From the IMG/VR virus record IMGVR_UViG_3300044637_000715: 20,000 nt of DNA. One strand, given 5' to 3'. The DNA comes from an uncultured virus (IMG/VR IMGVR_UViG_3300044637_000715). Taxonomy: Duplodnaviria; Heunggongvirae; Uroviricota; Caudoviricetes. Of the stretch, positions 1-8,372 are shown piece by piece. Made by a program: the position numbers and the translations under genes. Positions within the stretch are counted from its first letter, which is position 1. Each line of letters starts with the position of its first letter. The notes below the pieces were generated by a model. The model made no database searches, was not told the origin of the DNA, and worked only from the letters and a program-made list of their open reading frames with translations.

Positions 1-873
1 AACTTCACAAATCCAGCAGAATACCAAATTAACTTTATAATTGGTGGTCCTTCTGGTGGTGCTTCAATTTATGAATCACAAGCAAAAGCAAATGAATTAA
101 TCGCAATTGCAGATAATCGTAAGGACTGTGTTGCTACTATTTCACCTCACAGAGCAGGTGTTGTTGATGTAGCAAACTCTGACACTCAAACTAACAATAT
201 TGTTAATTTCTTTGACCCATTATCTTCATCGTCATATGCAGTGTTTGATACTGGATATAAGTACGTTTTTGATAGATTTAACAATCAATTTAGATACATT
301 GCTTGCAATGCTGACATTGCAGGATTGATGGCTAGAACATCAATTAATCAGTATCCTTGGTTCTCACCTGCTGGTGCAAACAGAGGAGCACTTAATAATG
401 CAGTTAAACTTGCATACAATCCATCACAAGCACAAAGAGACCTCCTTTATCCAAAGAGAATTAATCCAATTATCTTCTCTCCTGGTGCTGGTATTATTCT
501 CTTTGGTGATAAGACTGCCCTTTCCTACACCTCGGCATTTGATAGAATTAACGTTCGTCGTTTATTCCTTACACTCGAAGCAACGATTGAAAGAGCAGCA
601 AGAGCACAACTCTTTGAGTTTAATGATACAATCACTAGAGCAAACTTTATTAATATCGTTGATCCTTATCTCCGTGATGTGAAGTCAAAAAGAGGTATCA
701 CTGATTTTGTTGTTGTCTGTGATGAGTCAAACAACACTCCAGATATTATTGATTCAAATCAATTCAAGGCTGATATTTATATCAAACCTGCAAGATCAAT
801 CAACTTTATTGGATTGACTTTTGTTGCTACTCGCACAGGAGTCAGCTTTGAAGAAATTATCGGTACTGTTTAA
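1..873 (+). CDS. g18: Tail sheath protein gp18, C-terminal part (5' truncated by window edge)
   Basis: Frame is open from base 1 (NFTNPAEYQINFIIGG...). Sheath motifs PWFSPAG, INPI, LFGDKT, SAFDRINVRRLF, CDESNNTP, IKPARSINFI. Directly upstream of the tail tube gene. Confidence 0.96.
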   Translation, partial: NFTNPAEYQINFIIGGPSGGASIYESQAKANELIAIADNRKDCVATISPHRAGVVDVANSDTQTNNIVNFFDPLSSSSYAVFDTGYKYVFDRFNNQFRYIACNADIAGLMARTSINQYPWFSPAGANRGALNNAVKLAYNPSQAQRDLLYPKRINPIIFSPGAGIILFGDKTALSYTSAFDRINVRRLFLTLEATIERAARAQLFEFNDTITRANFINIVDPYLRDVKSKRGITDFVVVCDESNNTPDIIDSNQFKADIYIKPARSINFIGLTFVATRTGVSFEEIIGTV

Positions 874-891
874 TTAACGAGGTAAAAAACA

Positions 892-1575
892 ATGGCAAAT
901 AACGTAACTGGTGGTGGCATTTCACCAAGTGTAAGAACTCTAAATGACTTCAAGAATAGAATTTCTGGAGGTGGAGCAAGACCTAACCTCTTTGAATGTG
1001 AGATTAATTTTCCAACTGCTGCTTTTTCTGGTAATGGTGATGATGCAAATGCACTATCAGAAAAAACTAGATTTTTAATTAAAGCAGCTCAATTGCCTGC
1101 TTCAACAATCAACGTAATTGATATTCCTTTTAGAGGAAGAAACTTGAAAATTGCAGGTGATAGAACATTTGATCCTTGGACGATTACAGTTATTAATGAT
1201 GTTGACTTTAAAGTTAGAAATGCTTTTGAGAGATGGATGAACTATATGAATAAGCACGAAGATAATTCAGGAGAACTAAATCCTGTTAATTATCAGAAGG
1301 ATATGAAGGTTTATCAACTCGGCAAAGCTGGAGTTGATGTCAATATGTCATCTAATGATAAGATGAATATTCTCAAGACTTATTCATTTTATGGTACATT
1401 CCCAACTGCTATTAGTGCAATTGACCTTTCATACGATCAGGCAGATACTATTGAAGAATTTACAGTAGATCTTCAAGTTCAATGGTGGGATGCTCTTGAT
1501 ACTAATGGAAATAGCTTACTTGGTTCTGGAACTCAAGAAAGATTTGACGCAAATTCAGTCACTACAGACTACTGA
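892..1575 (+). CDS. g19: Tail tube protein gp19
   Basis: GGARPNLFE, PFRGRNLKIAGDRTFDPWTITVIND, FPTAISAIDLSYD and IEEFTV motifs; GAGGT ribosome-binding site upstream; g18-g19-g20 synteny. Confidence 0.95.
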   Translation: MANNVTGGGISPSVRTLNDFKNRISGGGARPNLFECEINFPTAAFSGNGDDANALSEKTRFLIKAAQLPASTINVIDIPFRGRNLKIAGDRTFDPWTITVINDVDFKVRNAFERWMNYMNKHEDNSGELNPVNYQKDMKVYQLGKAGVDVNMSSNDKMNILKTYSFYGTFPTAISAIDLSYDQADTIEEFTVDLQVQWWDALDTNGNSLLGSGTQERFDANSVTTDY

Positions 1576-1581
1576 TAAATA
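1574..1581 (+). promoter_or_regulatory. Putative T4-type late promoter (GATAAATA) for g20
   Basis: NATAAATA box overlapping the g19 stop codon, about 25 nt upstream of the g20 ATG. Confidence 0.7.
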
Positions 1582-1606
1582 GTAGAATAAGGACAACAAC
1601 GTTACT

Positions 1607-3277
1607 ATGGCAAAATTGTTTGGTTTTAAATTTGAAGATAGTAGGGAGAAGCAGTCTACAAAGATTGTTTCTCCCATTCCTCGTAATGATGAAGACAAAT
1701 CAGACTTTTATATTTCGAGTGGTTTCTACGGTCAATATGTAGATATTGAAGGTGTTTATAAAACTGAAGCAGATTTAATTCGAAGATATCGTGAGATGTC
1801 TTTGCATCCAGAATGCGATAGTGCTATTGAGGATGTTGTAAATGAAGCAATTGTATCAGACTTAAATGATTCTCCTGTAGAAATAGATCTTTCAAATCTT
1901 CCTGCTTCTGATAAATTAAAAGATATCATCCGAGAAGAATTTAAGTACATTAAGGAAATTATGGACTTCGATAAGAAGTGCCATGAGATTTTTAGAAATT
2001 GGTATATTGATGGAAGAATTTATTACCATAAAGTAATTGATTTTAACAACCCCTCTGATGGGATTAAAGAAGTAAGATACATTGATGCATTGAAAATTAA
2101 ATATGTAAGAAAATTAAAAAAGGACAATAAAGATGCTTTTGGTGCTCAATATAGAAATATTGTAAATGGAAAAAACCAAGTTGATTTTAGTAATCAAGAA
2201 GTAGAAGAATTTTATATGTATGACCCAAATGTTGGGTCATCACAAAATGCTACATATCGAGTATCAGATGTAAACAACGTAAAAATTGCAAAGGATGCGA
2301 TTGTATATGTTACTTCTGGTCTTGTAGATAGAAATAAGCAAACAGTTCTTTCATTTCTCCACAAAGCAATCAAGGCACTCAATCAGTTAAGAATGATTGA
2401 AGACAGTCTTGTAATTTATAGATTGTCTCGTGCTCCAGAAAGAAGAATTTTCTATATTGATGTGGGCAATTTACCTAAGATTAAAGCAGAGCAATATCTT
2501 AGAGATGTGATGAATCGTTACAGAAACAAACTTGTTTATGATGCAAATACTGGTGAAATTCGTGATGATCGTAAATATATGGCAATGCTTGAGGATTTTT
2601 GGTTGCCAAGAAGAGAAGGTGGTAGAGGAACAGAAATTACAACCCTACCTGGTGGGCAAAATCTTGGAGAACTTGCTGATATTGAATATTTCCAAAAGAA
2701 ACTTTATGATTCTTTAGGTGTTCCACCAACAAGACTTGCAGCAGAAGGTGGATTTAATCTTGGACGTTCATCAGAAATTTTAAGAGATGAACTTAAATTT
2801 ACTCGTTTTGTTGGTAGATTGAGAAAAAGATTTTCTCAAATTTTTATTGATTTACTCAAAACTCAATTAATTCTTAAAAATATTGTAACACTGGAAGATT
2901 GGGAGGTATTATCCGACCATATTCAATTTGATTATGTTTATGATAATCATTTTTCTGATTTAAAGAAAAATGAATTGATGAATGATAAGTTGGGTGTTGT
3001 TGCTGCAATGGACCCATATCTTGGTCGTTATTTTTCAGCAGAATATGTAAGAAGAGAAATTCTCGGACAAACTGATTCTGAGATAAAAGAAATCAACGCA
3101 CAAATGAAGAAAGAAATTAAAGATGGAATTATTCCAGACCCAGCAATGATGATGAATCCAATGGGTATGGGTGGTCCACAAGACCAAAACCAAAATGCAC
3201 TTGGAGCTATGTCTCAAGAACCAGGATTGACTAACACACAAGCAGGTGTTGATTTAGGGTCTGCTGGGGAATTATAA
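1607..3277 (+). CDS. g20: Portal vertex protein gp20
   Basis: YRLSRAPERRIFYIDVGNLPKIKAEQYL, EDFWLPRREGGRGTEITTLPGGQNLGE and GRSSEILRDE are hallmark T4-like portal motifs. Confidence 0.98.
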   Translation: MAKLFGFKFEDSREKQSTKIVSPIPRNDEDKSDFYISSGFYGQYVDIEGVYKTEADLIRRYREMSLHPECDSAIEDVVNEAIVSDLNDSPVEIDLSNLPASDKLKDIIREEFKYIKEIMDFDKKCHEIFRNWYIDGRIYYHKVIDFNNPSDGIKEVRYIDALKIKYVRKLKKDNKDAFGAQYRNIVNGKNQVDFSNQEVEEFYMYDPNVGSSQNATYRVSDVNNVKIAKDAIVYVTSGLVDRNKQTVLSFLHKAIKALNQLRMIEDSLVIYRLSRAPERRIFYIDVGNLPKIKAEQYLRDVMNRYRNKLVYDANTGEIRDDRKYMAMLEDFWLPRREGGRGTEITTLPGGQNLGELADIEYFQKKLYDSLGVPPTRLAAEGGFNLGRSSEILRDELKFTRFVGRLRKRFSQIFIDLLKTQLILKNIVTLEDWEVLSDHIQFDYVYDNHFSDLKKNELMNDKLGVVAAMDPYLGRYFSAEYVRREILGQTDSEIKEINAQMKKEIKDGIIPDPAMMMNPMGMGGPQDQNQNALGAMSQEPGLTNTQAGVDLGSAGEL

Positions 3278-3280
3278 ATA
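3273..3280 (+). promoter_or_regulatory. T4-type late promoter TATAAATA
   Basis: Exact T4 late consensus overlapping the g20 stop codon, 25 nt upstream of the ATG at 3306. Confidence 0.8.
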
Positions 3281-3305
3281 TTTTTAGTTAAAAACTATTA
3301 TAACT

Positions 3306-3476
3306 ATGGACGATTTAATGGATATGATTTTGGCTGACGAATCTCCTGCGGAAGTCAGTGATAAAATTAAAGAAATTCTTTTTGCAAAATCAGCAGAAAA
3401 AATTAATGTAGTAAGACCAGAAGTTGCTGCAAGTCTTTTTGGTGAAATTGAGGACAATCAAGAATACGAGGATTGA
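3306..3476 (+). CDS. Small acidic protein (56 aa), probable prohead core-like protein at the gp67/68 position; not in the ORF track
   Basis: Manual translation: MDDLMDMILADESPAEVSDKIKEILFAKSAEKINVVRPEVAASLFGEIEDNQEYED*. Follows a late promoter, and the position after g20 is where T4-like phages carry small core proteins. Confidence 0.75.
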   Translation: MDDLMDMILADESPAEVSDKIKEILFAKSAEKINVVRPEVAASLFGEIEDNQEYED

Positions 3477-3479
3477 TAA

Positions 3480-4478
3480 GTGGATGACTTTGGAGTAGAT
3501 TCCAAGGACTTATCTGATTTTTTTACTGCAATAAGTGTAGGAAAACAAAAAAGAAAAAAAGAATTGGATGAAGCAGTAGGAGATGCTGTTGATGATTTCT
3601 TTTCAACGATAAGTACTGGAAAAAAAGTTATTAAAGAAAAGAAAGAAACCCTTGTTGGAAATTCTTTTGATGAACTTTTTTTATCTCCACTAAAAGAGGA
3701 GATTACTCCAAAGAAAAAGAAAAAAATACAAGAACAAAAAACAGTTAAGGCATTTGAGAATTGGTTATATTCAGAGACACCAAAAAAACAAGAACAAGTA
3801 ATTGAAGAAGTAATTGAAAATTCTTTGGATGAAGTTCTTGAGGTTTTGAAAGAATATAAGGAAGAACTTGAGGGTCCAAAAGAAGAACTGATTGAAAAGT
3901 CTTTAGGTCTTCTTGCAGAACCAAGTGATGTTAAGCAACAAAATGACCCATTAACTCCAATCAATCAAAACTTTGCAACACTTGATGATTTACAGAAACA
4001 TTATAAACTTTTTCTTTCTCGTATTCAACAACAACTTTCTACATTAGGTGGAGGTGGGGAAACTCAATTAAGATACCTTGATGATATTGTAGGTATTGCA
4101 ACCAATTCAAGTGCCTATAATAGAAAATATTTACAGTGGAACTCTGCAACAAATAGAGCAGAATTCACTGACCCAAGTGATTCAGAAAATACAACAATAG
4201 TTTCTGTTACTGGAATCACCACTTATTATGCAGCAAGTAATACTGATGATTATATTGGTGTGAGTGCTGATGTTCCCGTAACAATTCTATTACCAATATC
4301 TCCTATTATTGGTAAAAAGATTACTGTAAAAGATGAAGGTAATAAAATATCTACATATAATATCACAGTCACGGTAGGTGCTGGAGTAAGTGTCGAAAAC
4401 GATACTTCAGTTGTGATGAAAATCAATCATCAAAGTTTTACTTATTTTTACAACGGTTCTAACTGGTTCTTAGTATAA
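3480..4478 (+). CDS. Hypothetical virion-associated protein (332 aa): charged N-terminus, helical linker, GGGGE hinge, fibre-like beta-rich C-terminus
   Basis: GTG start with GAGG at 3468-3471. E/K-rich N-terminal half, then DPLTP...QQQLSTLGGGGETQLRYLDD, then the C-terminal DDYIGV...TVKDEG...NITV...YNGSNWFLV pattern typical of phage fibre ends. Confidence 0.65.
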   Translation: MDDFGVDSKDLSDFFTAISVGKQKRKKELDEAVGDAVDDFFSTISTGKKVIKEKKETLVGNSFDELFLSPLKEEITPKKKKKIQEQKTVKAFENWLYSETPKKQEQVIEEVIENSLDEVLEVLKEYKEELEGPKEELIEKSLGLLAEPSDVKQQNDPLTPINQNFATLDDLQKHYKLFLSRIQQQLSTLGGGGETQLRYLDDIVGIATNSSAYNRKYLQWNSATNRAEFTDPSDSENTTIVSVTGITTYYAASNTDDYIGVSADVPVTILLPISPIIGKKITVKDEGNKISTYNITVTVGAGVSVENDTSVVMKINHQSFTYFYNGSNWFLV

Positions 4479-5806
4479 TGTCTTATAATCCCCTTCCACA
4501 ACCAGCATCTATAGGATTTGGAACATTTGGTTCTACTGGTATTGTAACAGTCACAGATATTAATCCTCTTCCCACATATCTTCAAAATATAGAAGTAACA
4601 GGTAAAGGACGACTTAAAGTATCTACTCCAGAAACTATTTTCTTCAATACATTTCAGTATGGAATTGAGACTGATGTATGGGATACTAGAGTTAGTGTTG
4701 GTGCAACAGCATACTGGGATTACACTATAAGTGGTATTGGAATGTCCGTGACCTCTTCTGCAGGTTCAGAAGTCATTCGTCAAACCAAGAATGTGATGAG
4801 ATATATTCCAGGAAGACCAGCAGAACTTGCTTTTGCCGTCAGATTAGAACCACCAAAATCTGGTGTCCGTAGAAGATTTGGTTTATTTGATGGGCAAGAT
4901 GGTTTTTATTTTGAGGATGATGGTGGTGATTATGCTTGTGTTATAATCAATAGTGATGGTGCTAGTGGCATTATTACAGAAAGATATACTCGTTCAGAAT
5001 GGAATGGGGATAAATTAGATGGTAATGGACCAAGTGGTATTGTTGCTTCTCCATCTGCACAGCAAATGATTGTTATGGAGTATGAGTGGTATGGTGCAGG
5101 GCAGATTAAATTTCACTTTGAGATAAATGGAAAAGTACATAATATTCATACAATCAATACTGGAAACAGACTTCCTTACCCTTGGTGTAAAACTCCTTTT
5201 CTTCCAATTCGTTTAGAACTTAAGAACACTACAGGTGTTTCTACTGGTCCTCATTATTTGTATCAGGGTTCTAATTCTTTAGTTTCTGAGGGATTTACCG
5301 ATAAGTCTGGTATTGCACAGAATGTCGGAACTGCAGTCACTGGTAAAATTCTACCAGTAGCACAAACTTATTATCCACTTCTTTCAATTCGTCTGAAACC
5401 AACTGCACTTACGGGTGTAGTTCTTCCAACATTCTTCCAGGCAGCAAGTTTATATCAAGCAAGTCCAAGTCAAAATGCAACAGTTATTAGTTTAGCATAT
5501 AAACTTATCAGAAATGCTAACTTGACTGGCGGAACTTGGGTTGATATGCCTGATGAAAATGCTTTTACACAATACAATAGAACTACTACTGGAATTGGAA
5601 CAGCAGGTATTGATTTGGATAGTGGATTTATTATTGGAGGAAATAGTGGTACGGGTGTTCGTTTGGATAAGGATACTCAATATCAAATTGGTAGAAGTGG
5701 TATAGGAACCATTAGTGATACTCTTACTCTTGCAGTTGCAGTTTTGGATACTGGTGTTACTGGTGCAGTTGCTTATGGTTCGATGACTTGGATTGAGCAA
5801 AGATAA
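4478..5806 (+). CDS. Hypothetical virion structural protein (442 aa), G/T/S-rich and probably beta-sandwich
   Basis: Long ORF translationally coupled to the previous gene (TAATG overlap) and located in the late head cluster. No enzyme motif recognised. Confidence 0.6.
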   Translation: MSYNPLPQPASIGFGTFGSTGIVTVTDINPLPTYLQNIEVTGKGRLKVSTPETIFFNTFQYGIETDVWDTRVSVGATAYWDYTISGIGMSVTSSAGSEVIRQTKNVMRYIPGRPAELAFAVRLEPPKSGVRRRFGLFDGQDGFYFEDDGGDYACVIINSDGASGIITERYTRSEWNGDKLDGNGPSGIVASPSAQQMIVMEYEWYGAGQIKFHFEINGKVHNIHTINTGNRLPYPWCKTPFLPIRLELKNTTGVSTGPHYLYQGSNSLVSEGFTDKSGIAQNVGTAVTGKILPVAQTYYPLLSIRLKPTALTGVVLPTFFQAASLYQASPSQNATVISLAYKLIRNANLTGGTWVDMPDENAFTQYNRTTTGIGTAGIDLDSGFIIGGNSGTGVRLDKDTQYQIGRSGIGTISDTLTLAVAVLDTGVTGAVAYGSMTWIEQR

Positions 5807-5809
5807 AAT

Positions 5810-5817
5810 ACTAAATA
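5810..5817 (+). promoter_or_regulatory. Possible variant late promoter (ACTAAATA)
   Basis: TAAATA core in a short intergenic gap, about 25 nt upstream of the ATG at 5842, the same spacing as the promoters at 1574 and 3273. Confidence 0.55.
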
Positions 5818-5841
5818 ACTAATATTGTCCCAATTATTACA

Positions 5842-6396
5842 ATGTCGGTATATAAGATAGTACAAAAAATTACACCATTGACGATGACTGGTGCAGCAGT
5901 AACCAGTAATCCAATTGCTTTGAGGTCTGGTTTTTTGAGAATTGTTCCAGAACAAGATGCTTATGTTGAGGTTGCTCCAACTCCAACGATTAGTACTACT
6001 ACAAGTGCTAGTATTTTTGTTAAAGCAGGAACTGAACTTATTTTAAAAGAAACAGCAATTACTCAAACTATTGTTGGTGTAACTACTGGCACTACAACTG
6101 TCGTGACTTTACTAGAAGGTACTTTTTCGAATTTTTCTGCTGGTGATATTGTTGAACTTACTGGAATTGTTCCAGCAGGTATTAATACAACAGCAGCAAC
6201 AGTTGCATCAGTAGACGCAACAAATGATGCAGGAACAGGTGGATTCAATCGAGTGATTACTCTTACTTGGAATACTTCAAGTCAAGGTGCTCCAATCACT
6301 ACTTCCACTGGTGTTTTGAGAAGAGTAACAAAAGTTGCTGCTTATGGAGCAAGTGGAAAACTCCACATCACAGAAATTCAAATCGCAGGTGGTTAA
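5842..6396 (+). CDS. Hypothetical Thr/Ala/Val-rich virion protein (184 aa) upstream of g21
   Basis: Clean ORF with beta-strand-like composition, ending 4 nt before the g21 ATG. Resembles the conserved hypothetical preceding g21 in cyanomyoviruses (recollection, not a search). Confidence 0.65.
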   Translation: MSVYKIVQKITPLTMTGAAVTSNPIALRSGFLRIVPEQDAYVEVAPTPTISTTTSASIFVKAGTELILKETAITQTIVGVTTGTTTVVTLLEGTFSNFSAGDIVELTGIVPAGINTTAATVASVDATNDAGTGGFNRVITLTWNTSSQGAPITTSTGVLRRVTKVAAYGASGKLHITEIQIAGG

Positions 6397-6400
6397 TTCA

Positions 6401-7051
6401 ATGAAACTCATCACAGAAGAAATCGAAAAGGTAAAAGTTATTACCGAAGAAAAAAATGGAGTCAAATCTCTTTTTATTGAAGGTATTTTTCTTCAAGCAA
6501 ATAAACCAAATAGAAACAAACGTCTTTATGAAATGAGAACTCTCGAAAGAGAAGTTAAAAGATATAACGAAAACTTCATTCAAAAAGGTCGTGCTCTTGG
6601 AGAACTCGGTCATCCAGATGGACCAACTTTAAATCTAGACAGAGTTTCTCATAAAATTGTTTGTTTAGAGAGAGTTGGAGATAATTTTAAAGGAAGAGCA
6701 AAAATTCTTTCCACTCCTATGGGAAAAATTGCGGAATCTCTTCTAGGTGAAGGTGTGATGCTGGGAGTTTCTTCTCGTGGTGTTGGTTCATTAATTCCAA
6801 CTAACGAGGGTTATTCAGTTGTTGGTGAAGATTTTATGCTTGCGACTGCTGCTGATATTGTTGCCGACCCTTCTGCTCCTGATGCTTTTGTGAACGGAAT
6901 TATGGAAGGAAAAGAGTGGTGTTGGGAAGGTGGAATTCTCCGTGAAAGAGATGCAGAAGCAGCAAAGAGAAAAATAAACACACTAGTAGATCAAAAACGT
7001 TTGGACGAACAGAAAGTTGACCTGTTCCAAAACTTTTTATCAAATCTTTAA
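6401..7051 (+). CDS. g21: Prohead core scaffolding/protease gp21
   Basis: MKLITEE start (ATG at 6401, not 6335); IEGIFLQ, NRNKRLY, ALGELGHP, GVSSRGVGS and DIVADPSAPDAFV catalytic motifs. Confidence 0.96.
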   Translation: MKLITEEIEKVKVITEEKNGVKSLFIEGIFLQANKPNRNKRLYEMRTLEREVKRYNENFIQKGRALGELGHPDGPTLNLDRVSHKIVCLERVGDNFKGRAKILSTPMGKIAESLLGEGVMLGVSSRGVGSLIPTNEGYSVVGEDFMLATAADIVADPSAPDAFVNGIMEGKEWCWEGGILRERDAEAAKRKINTLVDQKRLDEQKVDLFQNFLSNL

Positions 7052-7053
7052 AT

Positions 7054-7065
7054 TATAAATAAATA
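7054..7065 (+). promoter_or_regulatory. T4-type late promoter (TATAAATA with overlapping AATAAATA) for g22-g23
   Basis: Sequence TATAAATAAATA in the g21-g22 intergenic region; GGAGA ribosome-binding site before the ATG at 7099. Confidence 0.8.
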
Positions 7066-7098
7066 CAGATTAAACAATAGGTTAATCGGAGAGATCAA

Positions 7099-8322
7099 AT
7101 GTCCCGTGGTAAAAATTTACAAGAAATGGAAACAGGCACTAAACAATCTAAAACTGCTGTAAATGCTGGTGCAAAAGCAGCAGAACCAATGCACAAGTTA
7201 ACCACAGGTATTCCTGATGGTCAAACTGGTAGTTGGGAAGATCTTGGAGGACCAACTCCAGAGAACTACAAACCAGATGATGATTCTGCAAAACTTTCAA
7301 CTCCTGGTGCAACTCTTAAGCAAGTTAAGAATGTTGTAAACAAAGGTGCAAAAGCAGCAGATGCTATGAAGTCTCTTGCCAAAGAATCAGTCGAAGAAGA
7401 TGAGGATGAAGAACTCATCGATGATGAGGCTGAGTATGATGAAGATGAAGTAGTTTCTGAAGCAAAGAAAAAGTCTTCCAAAGGTGAAGATGAAGAAGGT
7501 GAAGATGAAGATGAAGAAGGTGAAGATGAAGATAGTGAAGAAGATGATGAAGAGGACAAAAAAGAAAAAGCAATGAAAGAGGCATTTGCCCAAATCGAAG
7601 AAGAAATCGAAGAGGACGTAAATGCACTTCTTTCTGGTGAAGAACTCTCCGAAGATTTCAAGGTAAAAGCTAAAACAGTTTTTGAAGCTGCTTTAAATGC
7701 AAGAACAGAGCAAATTGAAGAAGCAATTGTTCATCAGTATGAGCAAAAACTTGCTGAAGAAGTAGAAACAATTAGAGAAGAATTAACTGATCGTCTTGAT
7801 GCATATCTTGAGTATGTATCAGAAGAATGGTTACAAGAAAATGCTCTCGAAGTAGAGCAAGGACTTAAAACTGAAATGACCGAATCATTCCTTGCTGGAA
7901 TGAAGAGTCTTTTTGAAGATCATTATGTAACAATCCCTGAAGATAGATATGATGTACTTGAGAGTATGGTAGAAAAACTTGATGAAATGGAGAATAAACT
8001 CAACGAGCAAATCGAAAAGAATGTTGCTCTGAATAGAAGATTAGCTGAGTCGGTTACTGAAGTAATTTTTGCCGAAGTCTCTGAAGGTCTTGCACTTTCT
8101 CAGAAGGATAAACTCGCTTCTCTTGCTGAAAATGTTGAGTTTGATAGTGAGTCAGACTATCGTGAGAAGCTGGTAACGTTAAGGGAATCATATTTCCCCA
8201 GAAACGCTGGTACTCAAAGAGACAACTCGGATTATATCGTAGAAGAAACTGATTATTCGCAACCAGTATCTGGTTCGATGTCAAGATATCTCGATACACT
8301 CCAAAGAGTTGCTAAAAAGTGA
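7099..8322 (+). CDS. g22: Prohead core scaffold protein gp22
   Basis: WEDLGGPTPENY, LSEDFKVKAKTVFEAA, YLEYVSEEWLQEN and LVTLRESYF motifs; highly acidic and helical; lies between g21 and g23. Confidence 0.93.
   Translation: MSRGKNLQEMETGTKQSKTAVNAGAKAAEPMHKLTTGIPDGQTGSWEDLGGPTPENYKPDDDSAKLSTPGATLKQVKNVVNKGAKAADAMKSLAKESVEEDEDEELIDDEAEYDEDEVVSEAKKKSSKGEDEEGEDEDEEGEDEDSEEDDEEDKKEKAMKEAFAQIEEEIEEDVNALLSGEELSEDFKVKAKTVFEAALNARTEQIEEAIVHQYEQKLAEEVETIREELTDRLDAYLEYVSEEWLQENALEVEQGLKTEMTESFLAGMKSLFEDHYVTIPEDRYDVLESMVEKLDEMENKLNEQIEKNVALNRRLAESVTEVIFAEVSEGLALSQKDKLASLAENVEFDSESDYREKLVTLRESYFPRNAGTQRDNSDYIVEETDYSQPVSGSMSRYLDTLQRVAKK
7486..7533 (+). repeat. Tandem 21-bp repeat GAAGATGAAGAAGGTGAAGAT x2 plus a partial copy, inside the acidic tract of g22
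   Basis: Exact copies at 7486-7506 and 7507-7527, followed by GAAGAT; encodes EDEEGED-EDEEGED-ED. Confidence 0.85.
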
Positions 8323-8372
8323 TTTTTAAATTATAACAATCAAACTAAAACTTTTTTAAAGAGGTAAAACAA

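Noticed and set aside
3474..3482. Stop-codon read-through or recoding fusing the 56-aa ORF with the in-frame 332-aa ORF
   Set aside because: There are two consecutive different stops (TGA TAA), and the GTG has its own GAGG ribosome-binding site. All core genes read normally in the standard code.
3458..3964. Minus-strand ORFs (e.g. 3458-3964, 7266-7661, 15669-15956, 17787-18134)
   Set aside because: They are shadows of E/K-rich plus-strand genes, giving S/F-rich translations with no motifs or expression signals.
5842..6396. C-terminal di-glycine (IQIAGG) suggesting a ubiquitin-like conjugation substrate
   Set aside because: No E1/E2/JAB genes in the window, and the sequence looks like a T/V-rich structural beta protein rather than a beta-grasp fold.
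6335..6400. Upstream starts given by the ORF track for g21 (6335), the DUF3310-like gene (17811) and the glycosylase-like gene (18810)
   Set aside because: They overlap upstream genes or promoters; family-typical N-termini or plausible starts lie at 6401, 17835/17862 and 18858.
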